Shown here in pieces: positions 1 through 8,958 of a DNA stretch of 64,000 bases. The DNA comes from an uncultured Thermoplasmatales archaeon. GTDB lineage: Archaea; Thermoplasmatota; E2; UBA202; DSCA01. Below the pieces are notes generated by a model. That model made no database searches. It was given only the letters and a program-made list of their open reading frames with translations, and was not told the DNA's origin. A program made the translations under genes and the position numbers. Each line of letters begins with the position of its first letter. The first letter of the stretch is position 1. Location of the stretch: the NCBI GenBank assembly GCA_964514975.1, contig CAZESS010000001.1, positions 55,845 to 119,844 on the forward strand, in the 5' to 3' direction.

Positions 1-1514
1 ACTATGGCTGGGTGAACGCCCGCTCGAACCTCGAGATGGGGCTGCTCCTCGCCCAGCATTATCTGCCCGAGGGCTCGATGGGCAAGATGGGTCCCGCGCT
101 GGTCGACCTGATGCCCGACAGCGGCTTCCTCCGGCAGCTCAACAGCCAGCCGCTCAACCCGCACGTGGACTACTATGCCATCTGCGGGACCTACAACCTC
201 CTCTCAAACATCTGCCTCCTCGACATCTACGACAACCTTGACGACTATGAACGAGCCGTCGTCGGGCAGACCCGTTTCAGGCAGCTCGTGCAGAGCATCG
301 CGGGGGGCAGCGCGCAGACCATCCGGGGAGACGGCGTCGTCGAGCTGAGCAGCCAGCGTTTCGCTGAGCGGATATCGGAGGGCTACTATGTCAACGCCTG
401 GCACTGCGGCGAGGGCGGCAACCGCGGCGTCTACGAGATATCCTCCCATCTTCTCACCGGCCGCAGACAAGAGATATCGCAGGCATACCGGCAGCCGTCG
501 CTGCCCTCGATAAAGGTATCGTATTTCTATGCCACGTCGGATATGTTTGAGCTCATCCGGCTGGGCTACATCCAGGGTATTACCGACGACACACTAACCG
601 TGGGCGACACCGTCGAGCCGGGCGACAGCATCGACATCATGTATGACAGTTACAGCACCTGCAAGGATGACTACGCCTGGGTGAAGCTCCAGGTGACAGA
701 CCAGGGCGCCACGGCGGGCACCGTGTTCGTACGCCTCTGCTTTCCACGGGACGACTATGTCCGGCTGAAACCATTCGTCCGCATAGACATCCTCAGCCCG
801 CAGAGCTTCCATGTCCACAATCCCTACGAGGGCGACGTCCAGGCTCGCATTGTCTACGGCGGGGCGATGTCGGTGGTCACCGACACCGGCCTGTTCACCA
901 GCCCCGACCCCGACCTTGTGCTCTCCCTTGACGATGCAAACAACACACAGGTAGCTCTCCTGGAAGGCGAGGTGACCGCGTACGACGCATACAACGGCAG
1001 CGCCGCGGTGCAGCCCGGGCAGATGGTTGAACTCCCGGGGGACGCACCGATGCAGCCCCCCGTAAGCCTGACGAGCTCGGACATGACGCGATGGTGGGCA
1101 GCCGACCTGCAGGAGCACGTCCTGTGCACCTGGGTTGACGCGGCAGGGCAGCCTGACCAGGAGACGTCGTCCTTCACCATCGCCGACGCGGCGCATTCAT
1201 TGCTTCGCCTGGAAAACGTGTCACATGGCGACGTCGTCACCTGGCAGTTCACCGGACCCGGGAATCTGTCCCATGAATCATCATATACGGCAGACTGGAG
1301 CGGCGAGGGATGGTGCTCGTCATGGGTCAACCTTTCCGATTATGGCAGCGAAGCCCGCGGCGACTGGACCCTCGATGTCATGATGAACCAGGAGCCGTTG
1401 GTCACCGCCGGATTCACCGTTGCCGATAAGTCGTCCACGCCGGCCTTCGAGCTGCTCCTCGGCCTGGTGGCCCTTATGATGCTGGCATTCATCCGGAAAA
1501 AACGTGGCGTCTAG
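1..1514 (+). CDS. Secreted/surface protein, probably 5'-truncated by the window edge: tail end of a lipase/PGAP1-like alpha/beta-hydrolase domain, a beta-rich region, and a C-terminal PGF/PEF-CTERM-like tail
   Basis: The track ORF is 12..1514 (GTG), but the frame is open back to nt 3 (YGW-VNARS). LMPDSGFLRQLNSQPLNPHVDYYAICG resembles secreted lipase-type hydrolases (weak, by eye). The last 26 aa, STPAFELLLGLVALMMLAFIRKKRGV, form a short motif plus TM helix plus basic cluster. Confidence 0.6.
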   Translation, partial: YGWVNARSNLEMGLLLAQHYLPEGSMGKMGPALVDLMPDSGFLRQLNSQPLNPHVDYYAICGTYNLLSNICLLDIYDNLDDYERAVVGQTRFRQLVQSIAGGSAQTIRGDGVVELSSQRFAERISEGYYVNAWHCGEGGNRGVYEISSHLLTGRRQEISQAYRQPSLPSIKVSYFYATSDMFELIRLGYIQGITDDTLTVGDTVEPGDSIDIMYDSYSTCKDDYAWVKLQVTDQGATAGTVFVRLCFPRDDYVRLKPFVRIDILSPQSFHVHNPYEGDVQARIVYGGAMSVVTDTGLFTSPDPDLVLSLDDANNTQVALLEGEVTAYDAYNGSAAVQPGQMVELPGDAPMQPPVSLTSSDMTRWWAADLQEHVLCTWVDAAGQPDQETSSFTIADAAHSLLRLENVSHGDVVTWQFTGPGNLSHESSYTADWSGEGWCSSWVNLSDYGSEARGDWTLDVMMNQEPLVTAGFTVADKSSTPAFELLLGLVALMMLAFIRKKRGV

Positions 1515-1978
1515 CCGTCATCGCTCAGTGCTTGAAGTGCTTGCTCCAGCTCCCGCCGGCCATCCCGTATGAACGGCGCGCCGTGGTGCACATTGAGCCG
1601 CCCCGTTTGCAGATTCGCCGTCCAGGAGACGGTGGCATGGGAGCGCGCAATGTCTCGCTTGTTCTTCGGCATCTCTTCGGGGGCAGTATCGCTGAACATG
1701 AACACGACGATGGCTCCCGCCGGGAACAGCGGCGGTGTTGCTGCCTCACTTGTCAGAGAGTGCGCCTGCTCTAATGTCTCCTGCATCTCTATCCGGGATA
1801 GTGCATCACCGTCGACGAAAAAGAGGGCCACTCGAGTGTGCACGACCAACATGGATTTTTCTCGGGCCAGTATCATGTCGAATCGTGCCGGCGCCTCGTC
1901 GATGGTGCGCCATCCCTGCTTGGTGAGCCGCCGTGCTGCCTCACGGAGAAATCGGATGACGATGGCTGTCGACGCCAT
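1511..1978 (-). CDS. Hypothetical protein (155 aa)
   Basis: ORF with balanced amino-acid composition, directly downstream of prf1 on the same strand. Its stop overlaps the stop of feature 1 (convergent). No motif recognised. Confidence 0.5.
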   Translation of the reverse strand: MASTAIVIRFLREAARRLTKQGWRTIDEAPARFDMILAREKSMLVVHTRVALFFVDGDALSRIEMQETLEQAHSLTSEAATPPLFPAGAIVVFMFSDTAPEEMPKNKRDIARSHATVSWTANLQTGRLNVHHGAPFIRDGRRELEQALQALSDDG

Positions 1979-2011
1979 GACGTGTATCCGTTGCTGCTTA
2001 AAAACCGTTTT

Positions 2012-3295
2012 CTATCGTATCTGGAAGCGGAGGATGCCTGCCACGCCGCCGAACGCGTCCAGCAGGATGCTGCCCTCCTCCGTTTCGTTGGAGATGATGG
2101 TGACCTCGGATGAGACCTCCTCGGCCATGTCGGCATATTCCTCGAGCATGTCCTTTTTTTCCTGGATGGTGACGGAGCCATCGCATTCCGGGCAGGAGAG
2201 CTCCTTGGGGTTTTTGACGATGTCCTCGCCGCTATAGCCGCATTCGTCGCAGGAAAACGTGACCTTGTACTTGCGGAGCTCGTCGGAGAGAATGAGCTCG
2301 TCGACGGCGCCAATGGTCAGCGCTCGTTTGACTTCGTCTTCGCCGTAGACGGCCAGCCCTGAGCCGGTTTTGAGTTCGCGCATGAACCGGTTCATGACTT
2401 TTTTTTCTCGGATGATGTCCATTTCTTCGAGGTCGTCGATGGCCGTGTCGACGAGCTCTCCGAGCCCGAATTCGTCGGTGTAGCCCGTGTCGTAGATGCC
2501 GATGAGGCTGTCTTTGACCCGGTAGTCGAGGTAGTCCTTGTTGGCGAATGTCCGCTTGGTGGGGCCGGGGCCGCCGAGCAGGATGCCTCTGAGGTTCTCT
2601 TTGTTCAGGAACAGCTGCGAGGCTTTTTCCCCGGCTTTTTTGAACCATTCGTTGGCCGCGATTTCGATGAGCCGTTCGAATCGGCCGGCTGACTGGCCGC
2701 CGCGGCTGTGTTTGCCGGGCACCCGGGAGGTCATGTAGGCGGCCATCTCGATGTTGTTGCCGTGGAGGAAGCCGATGGTGCATTCCCGCCGGTCGATGAG
2801 CAGCAAACCGTAGACGTCTTTTTCTTCCAGCATCTCCTTGAGCGGCTCGATGTAGAACGAGGAGTCGCAGCGGTACAGGTACATGGAGATGGGTATCGGC
2901 GGCTCGATTATCTCGGAGACCATCTCTGTCTTGTTGCCGTCCGTCTTGCCTTCGCCGACGAAGAAGACGACCCCGTTTTCCGGGGGCTGGTTGAAGTATT
3001 TGAGTCGGGACATGATGGACTCGATGGCGGAGAGCACGTTTTTCCGGGTCTGCTTGGACTTGATGTTGGAGGACTGCGAGTATTCGTCGCGCAGCTGCGC
3101 CGTGACGTCGGATATCTGCTTGTCCGGCGGTATGTAGAGCGAGATGAGCTCGGTGTGCTGCCCTGATACCTGCTCGAGCTCTTCGAGCTGCCGTTTGAAT
3201 CGATATTTTTCCGCCGGTGAGAGGCGCTGCATGCCCGGCAAATCCCGCCCTCTTTTTAAACTTTGGGCATCGCCCTCTGGCAGAAGGCCGGCCAT
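2012..3295 (-). CDS. prf1: Peptide chain release factor aRF1
   Basis: NIKS motif (SSNIKSKQTRKN), GGQ motif (HSRGGQSAGRFERL) and TELISLYIPP near the N-terminus. The C-domain carries a Cys4 insert (CDECG...CPECDG). ATG 3295 fits a TATA-like palindrome at 3320-3333; Met22 (3232) is an alternative start. Confidence 0.93.
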   Translation of the reverse strand: MAGLLPEGDAQSLKRGRDLPGMQRLSPAEKYRFKRQLEELEQVSGQHTELISLYIPPDKQISDVTAQLRDEYSQSSNIKSKQTRKNVLSAIESIMSRLKYFNQPPENGVVFFVGEGKTDGNKTEMVSEIIEPPIPISMYLYRCDSSFYIEPLKEMLEEKDVYGLLLIDRRECTIGFLHGNNIEMAAYMTSRVPGKHSRGGQSAGRFERLIEIAANEWFKKAGEKASQLFLNKENLRGILLGGPGPTKRTFANKDYLDYRVKDSLIGIYDTGYTDEFGLGELVDTAIDDLEEMDIIREKKVMNRFMRELKTGSGLAVYGEDEVKRALTIGAVDELILSDELRKYKVTFSCDECGYSGEDIVKNPKELSCPECDGSVTIQEKKDMLEEYADMAEEVSSEVTIISNETEEGSILLDAFGGVAGILRFQIR

Positions 3296-3384
3296 GTCGA
3301 CGCCCGGTCCTTGTTCAATTTGGTTTAAACCAACTTAAACTCCGGTTTAAAATAAATGTTTTAATATGCCATCGATACAGCAGT

Positions 3385-4752
3385 GTGGACGGAACACCTG
3401 CTTTTACCCAGTACATACAGTCGTTCAATCAATGCCTGCAAAAATACATCGTGCCGGAGCCCTGGACACCCGCCGAGGAGGCGCTCATCCGGCCGGACAA
3501 CCTGTTCGACGTTCCATCCGGGGAGGCTGACACCATGCGCATCAGAGCGATCCGGCATGCCTTCCAGCACCACTATGACAACAACCCATTCTACCGGAAC
3601 TTTTGCCGGGACAGCGGGATGGCCCCTGAGATGCTCACGGACATGGACGACCTCGCCCGGATACCGCTCATCCCGGACACGTTTTTCAAGGAATACCCGG
3701 AGGGCGCGGACTTCGCCCGCTGGATAACCAGCCTGTACACCGGCCAGCTGCCCCCGGTGACCATCACCAGGCGGGAGCCCTCCTATGACGACGTCATCAG
3801 CGCTCTCAACGAGGCTGGTATGCACATTGCCTACAGCAGCGGCACCAGCGGCCGACATACCTTCATCCCCCGCGACCAGCGGACCTTCTATGCCTCCGAG
3901 TATGCCATCGCCAAGTCGGTCATCAGCATGATATATCCCTTCTGGCAGCACGACATGGACGGCTACCTGATGATGCCCAGCCCGCTCAAAACAAACGTCT
4001 ACGCGGGCAAGGTCTGCACCATGTATTTCGACGCCATCGAAAACGTCGAGGTTGCCATCGACCGCGACCTCCCGGCCGACCTCATCCAGCAGGTCATGCA
4101 GGACGGCGTCAAGAGCAGGCTCATCAGGTTCGCCATCCGGCGGGAGAACAAAAAGATGGTGGACCGCATCATCAGATGGCTCCGCCAGCGGGAGCAGAGC
4201 GACCGCAAGATCACAATGGCCGGCCTGCCGTTCATCCTGCACTTCGTCATGGAACGCCTCGAGCAAACCGGCGAGACATTCGACTTCGGGGAGCGAGGCG
4301 CCATCGCCACCGGCGGCGGCTGGAAGATATACGAAAACAGCCGGATGCCCGTGGAGGACTTCCGCAGGCGCGTCGAGGAGCTCCTGGGCATTCCATCCCA
4401 CCGCTGTCTCGACGTGTACGGCATGGTCGAGGGCAACGGCTGGATGGTCCACTGCCCCGAAGGACACTACTTCCATGTTCCCCATTCCTATTTCCATCCG
4501 TTGATTCTCGACGAGACATATGAACCCGTCGGCCCTGGCGAATGGGGCCGGTTTGCATTCCTCGACCCGCTGGCGACGAGCTACCCGGGATTCATCATGA
4601 CCGGCGACCGCGTCCGCCTCCTCGAGCACTGCCCCGTCTGCGAGCGCCCCGGACCCGTCCTGGAACCCGAGATACAGCGCATCGAGGGGGCAGAGATGCG
4701 GGGATGCGCCGAGGAAATGCGCCGGGTGCTCGCCGTCGACCTTGGAGGATAA
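3385..4752 (+). CDS. LuxE/PaaK-like adenylate-forming enzyme (acyl-protein synthetase family)
   Basis: AYSSGTSGRHTFIP nucleotide-binding motif. N-terminal NPFYRNFC...DLARIPLIPDTFFKEY and C-terminal GDRV..CPVCERPGP..GC are typical of LuxE / coenzyme F390 synthetase-like ANL enzymes. The start is uncertain: GTG 3385 (about 30 nt after TTTAAAATAAA at 3346-3356) or ATG 3535. Track start 3217 overlaps prf1 and is rejected. Confidence 0.7.
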   Translation: MDGTPAFTQYIQSFNQCLQKYIVPEPWTPAEEALIRPDNLFDVPSGEADTMRIRAIRHAFQHHYDNNPFYRNFCRDSGMAPEMLTDMDDLARIPLIPDTFFKEYPEGADFARWITSLYTGQLPPVTITRREPSYDDVISALNEAGMHIAYSSGTSGRHTFIPRDQRTFYASEYAIAKSVISMIYPFWQHDMDGYLMMPSPLKTNVYAGKVCTMYFDAIENVEVAIDRDLPADLIQQVMQDGVKSRLIRFAIRRENKKMVDRIIRWLRQREQSDRKITMAGLPFILHFVMERLEQTGETFDFGERGAIATGGGWKIYENSRMPVEDFRRRVEELLGIPSHRCLDVYGMVEGNGWMVHCPEGHYFHVPHSYFHPLILDETYEPVGPGEWGRFAFLDPLATSYPGFIMTGDRVRLLEHCPVCERPGPVLEPEIQRIEGAEMRGCAEEMRRVLAVDLGG

Positions 4753-4754
4753 CC

Positions 4755-5735
4755 ATGACAGGATTACATGAAATGAAGGAACGAGGGTACATCCCGCAGC
4801 GAACCTACCTCAAGCTCATGCTCGGCGGCGCCCTTTCGCTCACCAAGACATTGCTCACCAACCTGCGGGCGCTCAAAAAAGTCCGCAACATGGGGCCGGG
4901 GGAGCTCCGCTACGAGCGGCCACCGCGCTCCTATGACATCCCGGGCTACCGGGAGACCATGGAGCACTGTATATCCGACGAGAAATATCTCCGCCCGACC
5001 CTGTACTGCAATCCATGCCACTCGGACATCGTTGCCATGGCGCACGAGCTCGGTGCTTTCCGGCTGTCCGACAGCGAATATGCGGAGGCGGCCTTCGAGT
5101 TCGTGAAACGCAACGTCACCCTCGAGATACTGCCGATGGACGGCGTGGAGGCGACGCTGTGGCGGGGGACGGGCACCTGCTTCCATCAGATATCGCTGTT
5201 CATCGCGCTCTGCCGCGCCGCCGGCATCAAAACCCGCTACAAGATGTTCGCCATGAACATGATAAAGGCCTGGTATGATGCCACCATCGACGTGGATCCG
5301 CTCATCAAAAAATGGTATGACTCGATGGGCTATTTCATGATAGAAGGCGAGGGCGAGGCATACATCGACGGCGAATGGACGGTCGCCCATGTCGGGCCGA
5401 CGCCCGAGCGTCAGGCAGCCGCCGGTATCCCGATAACGAGGTTCGGCGAGGACTCCCTGGGCAAATGGTTCTTCGCGCTCCCCGGCACCATCATGCGGAT
5501 GGAGTCCATCCCCTACGGCCTGGGCGGCGTCACTGGACTGCTCAAAAAAATCGCTCCGGGCTCGATGGAGCGCGTCAACGCCAGCATCCAGCGGCAGATA
5601 CGGCATGGTCGCGACATCCTGGAGGAGGCAGGCGGCGAACGGGCCTATGACCTCCGGGCAAGGAAAAAAAAGGCACCTAAAATGCCCAGGATAGAGCTGG
5701 AAGAGGAAACACCGATAACGTTCACCGCCGGCTAG
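4755..5735 (+). CDS. Transglutaminase-like (papain-fold) domain protein
   Basis: ATG 4755 lies 2 nt after the stop of the previous gene. Track start 4542 adds an Arg/Pro-rich overlap and is rejected. GTGTCFHQISLFIALCRAAGIKTRY matches the Cys-nucleophile helix of transglutaminase-like cores. I could not place the expected downstream His confidently. Confidence 0.6.
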   Translation: MTGLHEMKERGYIPQRTYLKLMLGGALSLTKTLLTNLRALKKVRNMGPGELRYERPPRSYDIPGYRETMEHCISDEKYLRPTLYCNPCHSDIVAMAHELGAFRLSDSEYAEAAFEFVKRNVTLEILPMDGVEATLWRGTGTCFHQISLFIALCRAAGIKTRYKMFAMNMIKAWYDATIDVDPLIKKWYDSMGYFMIEGEGEAYIDGEWTVAHVGPTPERQAAAGIPITRFGEDSLGKWFFALPGTIMRMESIPYGLGGVTGLLKKIAPGSMERVNASIQRQIRHGRDILEEAGGERAYDLRARKKKAPKMPRIELEEETPITFTAG

Positions 5736-5739
5736 CGGG

Positions 5740-6657
5740 CTACCAGCCGCGCTCCTGCAGCCGCTCCCCCTCGGGGATCTGGTCGATGTTGGTGCCCGCC
5801 ATCGCCTTGCCGAGCCCACGGGAGATCTCCGCGATGACCTCGGGCTCGTCGAAATGCGTCACCGCCTCGACGATGGCCTTCCCCATTTTCATGGGATTCG
5901 CGGACTTGAACACGCCGGAGCCGACGAACACGCCGTCGTTGCCAAGCTGCATCATCAACGCCGCGTCAGATGGCGTCGCGATGCCCCCGGCGGCGAAGTC
6001 GACGACGGGCAGCCGCTGCCGCTCCGCGACCTCTCGCACAAGATCAAATGGTGCCTCTATCTTCCGGGCGACGTCCATGAGCTCGCTGTCCTCTTTTTCC
6101 CTGAGCTCCCTGATCTGCCGCAAAATGAGCCGGCGGTGGCGGACCGCCTCTATAATGTTGCCCGTCCCTGCTTCGCCCTTCGTCCGGATCATCGCCGCGC
6201 CCTCATGGATGCGCCGCAACGCCTCGCCCAGGTTGCGGGCGCCGCAGACAAACGGGGTATCAAAATCATGTTTCCAGACATGCTGGAACGGGTCAGCCGG
6301 GGTGAGCACCTCGCTCTCATCGATCATGTCGACACCCAGGCTCTCCAGCACCCTGGCCTCCGCGATGTGACCGATGCGGCATTTCGCCATCACCGGAATC
6401 GAAACAGCTTCCATGATCTCCTGCACGATCTTGGGGTCAGCCATCCGGGCGACGCCTCCCGCTGTGCGAATGTCGGCGGGCACCCGCTCGAGCGCCATCA
6501 CCGCGACAGCACCGGCATCCTCGGCCGTGATAGCCTCCTTCGGCGTGGTGACATCCATGACGACGCCGCCCTTCTGCATCTTCGCGAAGCCGCGCTTGAT
6601 GAGCTCGGTGCCATAGGAAAGTCCTTCAAGGTCAAGGTCAAGGGACATGGGTGGCAT
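5740..6657 (-). CDS. pdxS: Pyridoxal 5'-phosphate synthase subunit PdxS
   Basis: [36 protein letters not shown]...GGVARMADP and the full-length (beta/alpha)8 pattern are typical of PdxS/SNZ. Alternative start at Met4 (6648). Confidence 0.93.
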   Translation of the reverse strand: MPPMSLDLDLEGLSYGTELIKRGFAKMQKGGVVMDVTTPKEAITAEDAGAVAVMALERVPADIRTAGGVARMADPKIVQEIMEAVSIPVMAKCRIGHIAEARVLESLGVDMIDESEVLTPADPFQHVWKHDFDTPFVCGARNLGEALRRIHEGAAMIRTKGEAGTGNIIEAVRHRRLILRQIRELREKEDSELMDVARKIEAPFDLVREVAERQRLPVVDFAAGGIATPSDAALMMQLGNDGVFVGSGVFKSANPMKMGKAIVEAVTHFDEPEVIAEISRGLGKAMAGTNIDQIPEGERLQERGW

Positions 6658-6759
6658 ATTGCCCCGGCATTTTATAAATTTTGCGTAGACGGGCTGACGC
6701 TGCCCCTGCCACCTGAATATATAAATAATGGCATCTCCTACTCTTTACACATCGATACC

Positions 6760-7479
6760 ATGAGTGATATGCTACAAAAAATCAGTTTCGTCATCCCCAC
6801 CCTCAACGAGGAGGCGGGCATCGGCCCGACCATCGACAGCATCGACCGCACGGCGTATGAGCAGCGGGGCCTGGACATCGAAGTCCTGGTCGTCGACGGC
6901 GCCTCGACTGACAGGACGAGGGAGATCGCCGAAGAAAAAGGCGCCCGCGTCATCCTGGAAAAACGCAAAGGCTATGGCCGCGCCTACAAGACCGGCATGC
7001 CCGAAGCCACTGGCGACATCATCATCACCGGGGACGCCGACGGCACCTACCCGTTCCATCTCACCCATGAATACGTCGACATCCTCCTCGACGACAACCT
7101 CGACTTCATCACCACCAACCGCTTCGCCGACCTGGGCATGGAGTCAATGAGCGCCAAACATTTCCTGGGCAACTTCATGCTCTCCACCACGCTCCGCTTG
7201 CTCTACTGGGTCGGCGTCCGGGACTCACAGAGCGGCATGTGGATATTCCGCAAAAAAGCGCTCGACCGGCTGCCCAAGCCCCTGCAGGTGTTCAACGACG
7301 GGATGCCCTTCAGCGAGGAAATCAAGATAGAGATGTTCCGCTGCCCCGAGGTCAGGGCACGGGAGATCCCATCTGAGCTATATGCCCGGAAGGGCGAAGC
7401 CAAGATAGAATCGTTCAGCGACGGCTGGAAAAACTTCAAGTTCCTCTTTGTCAACAGGTGCCGCACATGGACCCGTTGA
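6760..7479 (+). CDS. Family 2 glycosyltransferase (polyprenol/dolichol-phosphate hexosyltransferase-like)
   Basis: ISFVIPTLNEE, VVDGASTDRT and ITGDADGTYP are GT-A fold signatures. ATG 6760 follows the ATATATAAATA box at 6717-6727. The first ~300 aa of track ORF 5854..7479 are antisense to pdxS and are rejected. Confidence 0.8.
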   Translation: MSDMLQKISFVIPTLNEEAGIGPTIDSIDRTAYEQRGLDIEVLVVDGASTDRTREIAEEKGARVILEKRKGYGRAYKTGMPEATGDIIITGDADGTYPFHLTHEYVDILLDDNLDFITTNRFADLGMESMSAKHFLGNFMLSTTLRLLYWVGVRDSQSGMWIFRKKALDRLPKPLQVFNDGMPFSEEIKIEMFRCPEVRAREIPSELYARKGEAKIESFSDGWKNFKFLFVNRCRTWTR

Positions 7480-7859
7480 TGCTCGCATGGATATTCGTCA
7501 TCGGCCTCCTCATCGGCTTCCTCGCCGGCGTCGCCATCATCTACCGGCGCGGCGTCAAGCCATGGAAAGAGGAGGCGCAGGAGGCCAGGCACCGCAAGCG
7601 CTCGCTGTCCACCACCTACGGCAAAATCACCGAACAGTTCGCACCCTTCATGGACCGATATCCCTACAACGCAAAGCATTTCAGGTTCATCGGCTCTCCC
7701 ATAGACGGCATACAGTTCACCGACGACGCCATCTACCTCGTCGAAATCAAGAGCGCCGGCAGCCAGCTCACGGCCAGACAGCGCAACATCCGGCAGCTCG
7801 TCGAAGATGGCCACGTGTTCTGGTACACGTTCGAGGTGAACGATGGGCGTCAACCTTAA
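7458..7859 (+). CDS. Membrane-anchored endonuclease related to archaeal Holliday-junction resolvase (COG4741-like)
   Basis: N-terminal TM helix (LMLAWIFVIGLLIGFLAGVAIIY) followed by FRFIGSPIDGIQFTDDAIYLVEIKSAGSQLTARQR (D..E-x-K-like). Start is GTG 7458 or ATG 7467. It overlaps the GT2 gene's end and the fen start, so it is probably in the same operon. Confidence 0.6.
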   Translation: MPHMDPLMLAWIFVIGLLIGFLAGVAIIYRRGVKPWKEEAQEARHRKRSLSTTYGKITEQFAPFMDRYPYNAKHFRFIGSPIDGIQFTDDAIYLVEIKSAGSQLTARQRNIRQLVEDGHVFWYTFEVNDGRQP

Positions 7860-8853
7860 ACCGCTCACCGAGCCACACGAGCGCACCTGGAACGACCTCC
7901 GGCACAGCAGCGTCGCCATCGACGCATACAACGCGCTCCACCAGTTTCTCTCCATCATCCGGCAGCGTGACGGCACCCCGCTCAAGGATGCCAAGGGCCG
8001 CATTACCTCGCATCTCACCGGATTGTTCTACCGGACTGCCAACCTGATAGAACGGGACATCCGGCCCGTCTATGTCTTCGACGGCGAACCCCACGAGCTC
8101 AAACAGGACACCCTGGACATCCGGCGGGCCCGCAAGGAACAGGCCAAACAGGACTGGCAGGCAGCAAAACAGCGAGGCGACCTCGAAGAAGCCAAAAAAA
8201 AGGCGCAGCAGACCTCGACGCTCACCTGGGACCGGGTCGAGGAAGCACAGCAACTGCTCCAGGCGCTCGGCATCCCCTACATCGAGGCACCAGGCGAGGG
8301 CGAAGCGCAGGCATCATACATGTGCAGCCGGGGCGACGTCGACTATGCAGGGTCGCAGGACTTCGACTGCCTGCTGTTCGGCGCCCCACAATTGTTGCGC
8401 AATCTCACCATCTCCGGGCGGCGGAAGCTCCCAGGCAAACAAAAATGGGTGCAGATATCCCCGGAAACCATCACGCTTAAAGAGCTGCTCGAAGCACACG
8501 ACATCACCCGGGAGCAGCTCGTCGATATCGCCATCCTCATGGGCACCGACTTCAACGACGGCATCAAGGGCATTGGCCCCAAGACCGGGCTCAAGCTGGT
8601 CAAAAAACACGGCGACATCGAATCCATCGACCGGGACATCACCATCGACCACCTCGACGACATCCGCAGCATCTTCCTGCACCCCCGGACCACGGACGAC
8701 TACCACGTCGAATGGCAGCCCGTCGACGAGGACGCAACCAGGGCATATCTCTGTGGGGAGCACCAGTTCAGCCGGCAGCGCGTGGACAGCACCCTCGACA
8801 AGTTCCAGGGCTTCGCCGAATCGCTCGACCAGAAAAACCTGCTCGACTTTTAA
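7843..8853 (+). CDS. fen: Flap endonuclease 1
   Basis: MGVNLKPL N-terminus, AIDAYNALHQFL, PVYVFDGEPHELK, APGEGEAQASYM and GTDFNDGIKGIGPKTGLKL (H3TH). The C-terminal LLDF looks like a PIP-like tail. Confidence 0.93.
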   Translation: MGVNLKPLTEPHERTWNDLRHSSVAIDAYNALHQFLSIIRQRDGTPLKDAKGRITSHLTGLFYRTANLIERDIRPVYVFDGEPHELKQDTLDIRRARKEQAKQDWQAAKQRGDLEEAKKKAQQTSTLTWDRVEEAQQLLQALGIPYIEAPGEGEAQASYMCSRGDVDYAGSQDFDCLLFGAPQLLRNLTISGRRKLPGKQKWVQISPETITLKELLEAHDITREQLVDIAILMGTDFNDGIKGIGPKTGLKLVKKHGDIESIDRDITIDHLDDIRSIFLHPRTTDDYHVEWQPVDEDATRAYLCGEHQFSRQRVDSTLDKFQGFAESLDQKNLLDF

Positions 8854-8918
8854 AACACAAAAAAAAAACACAAATACCGTTTTTAGAGGAGTTTTTAATA
8901 TATATTAATATTCGAAGT

Positions 8919-8929
8919 ATTTATATATA
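8919..8929 (+). promoter_or_regulatory. TATA-like box upstream of giant gene A
   Basis: TTTATATATAC sits about 30-35 nt upstream of ATG 8959, inside an AT-rich 100-nt intergenic stretch. It implies a very short leader. Confidence 0.45.
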
Positions 8930-8958
8930 CTGTAGCAACTTTGCGAGTGCGTGGAAAC

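Noticed and set aside
2150-2290. The Cys4 zinc-ribbon insertion in the aRF1 C-domain (CDECGYSGEDIVKNPKELSCPECDGS) as a novelty.
   Set aside because: As far as I recall, a comparable Cys-containing mini-domain occurs at this position in many euryarchaeal aRF1 proteins. It is probably a lineage feature and not specific to this locus.
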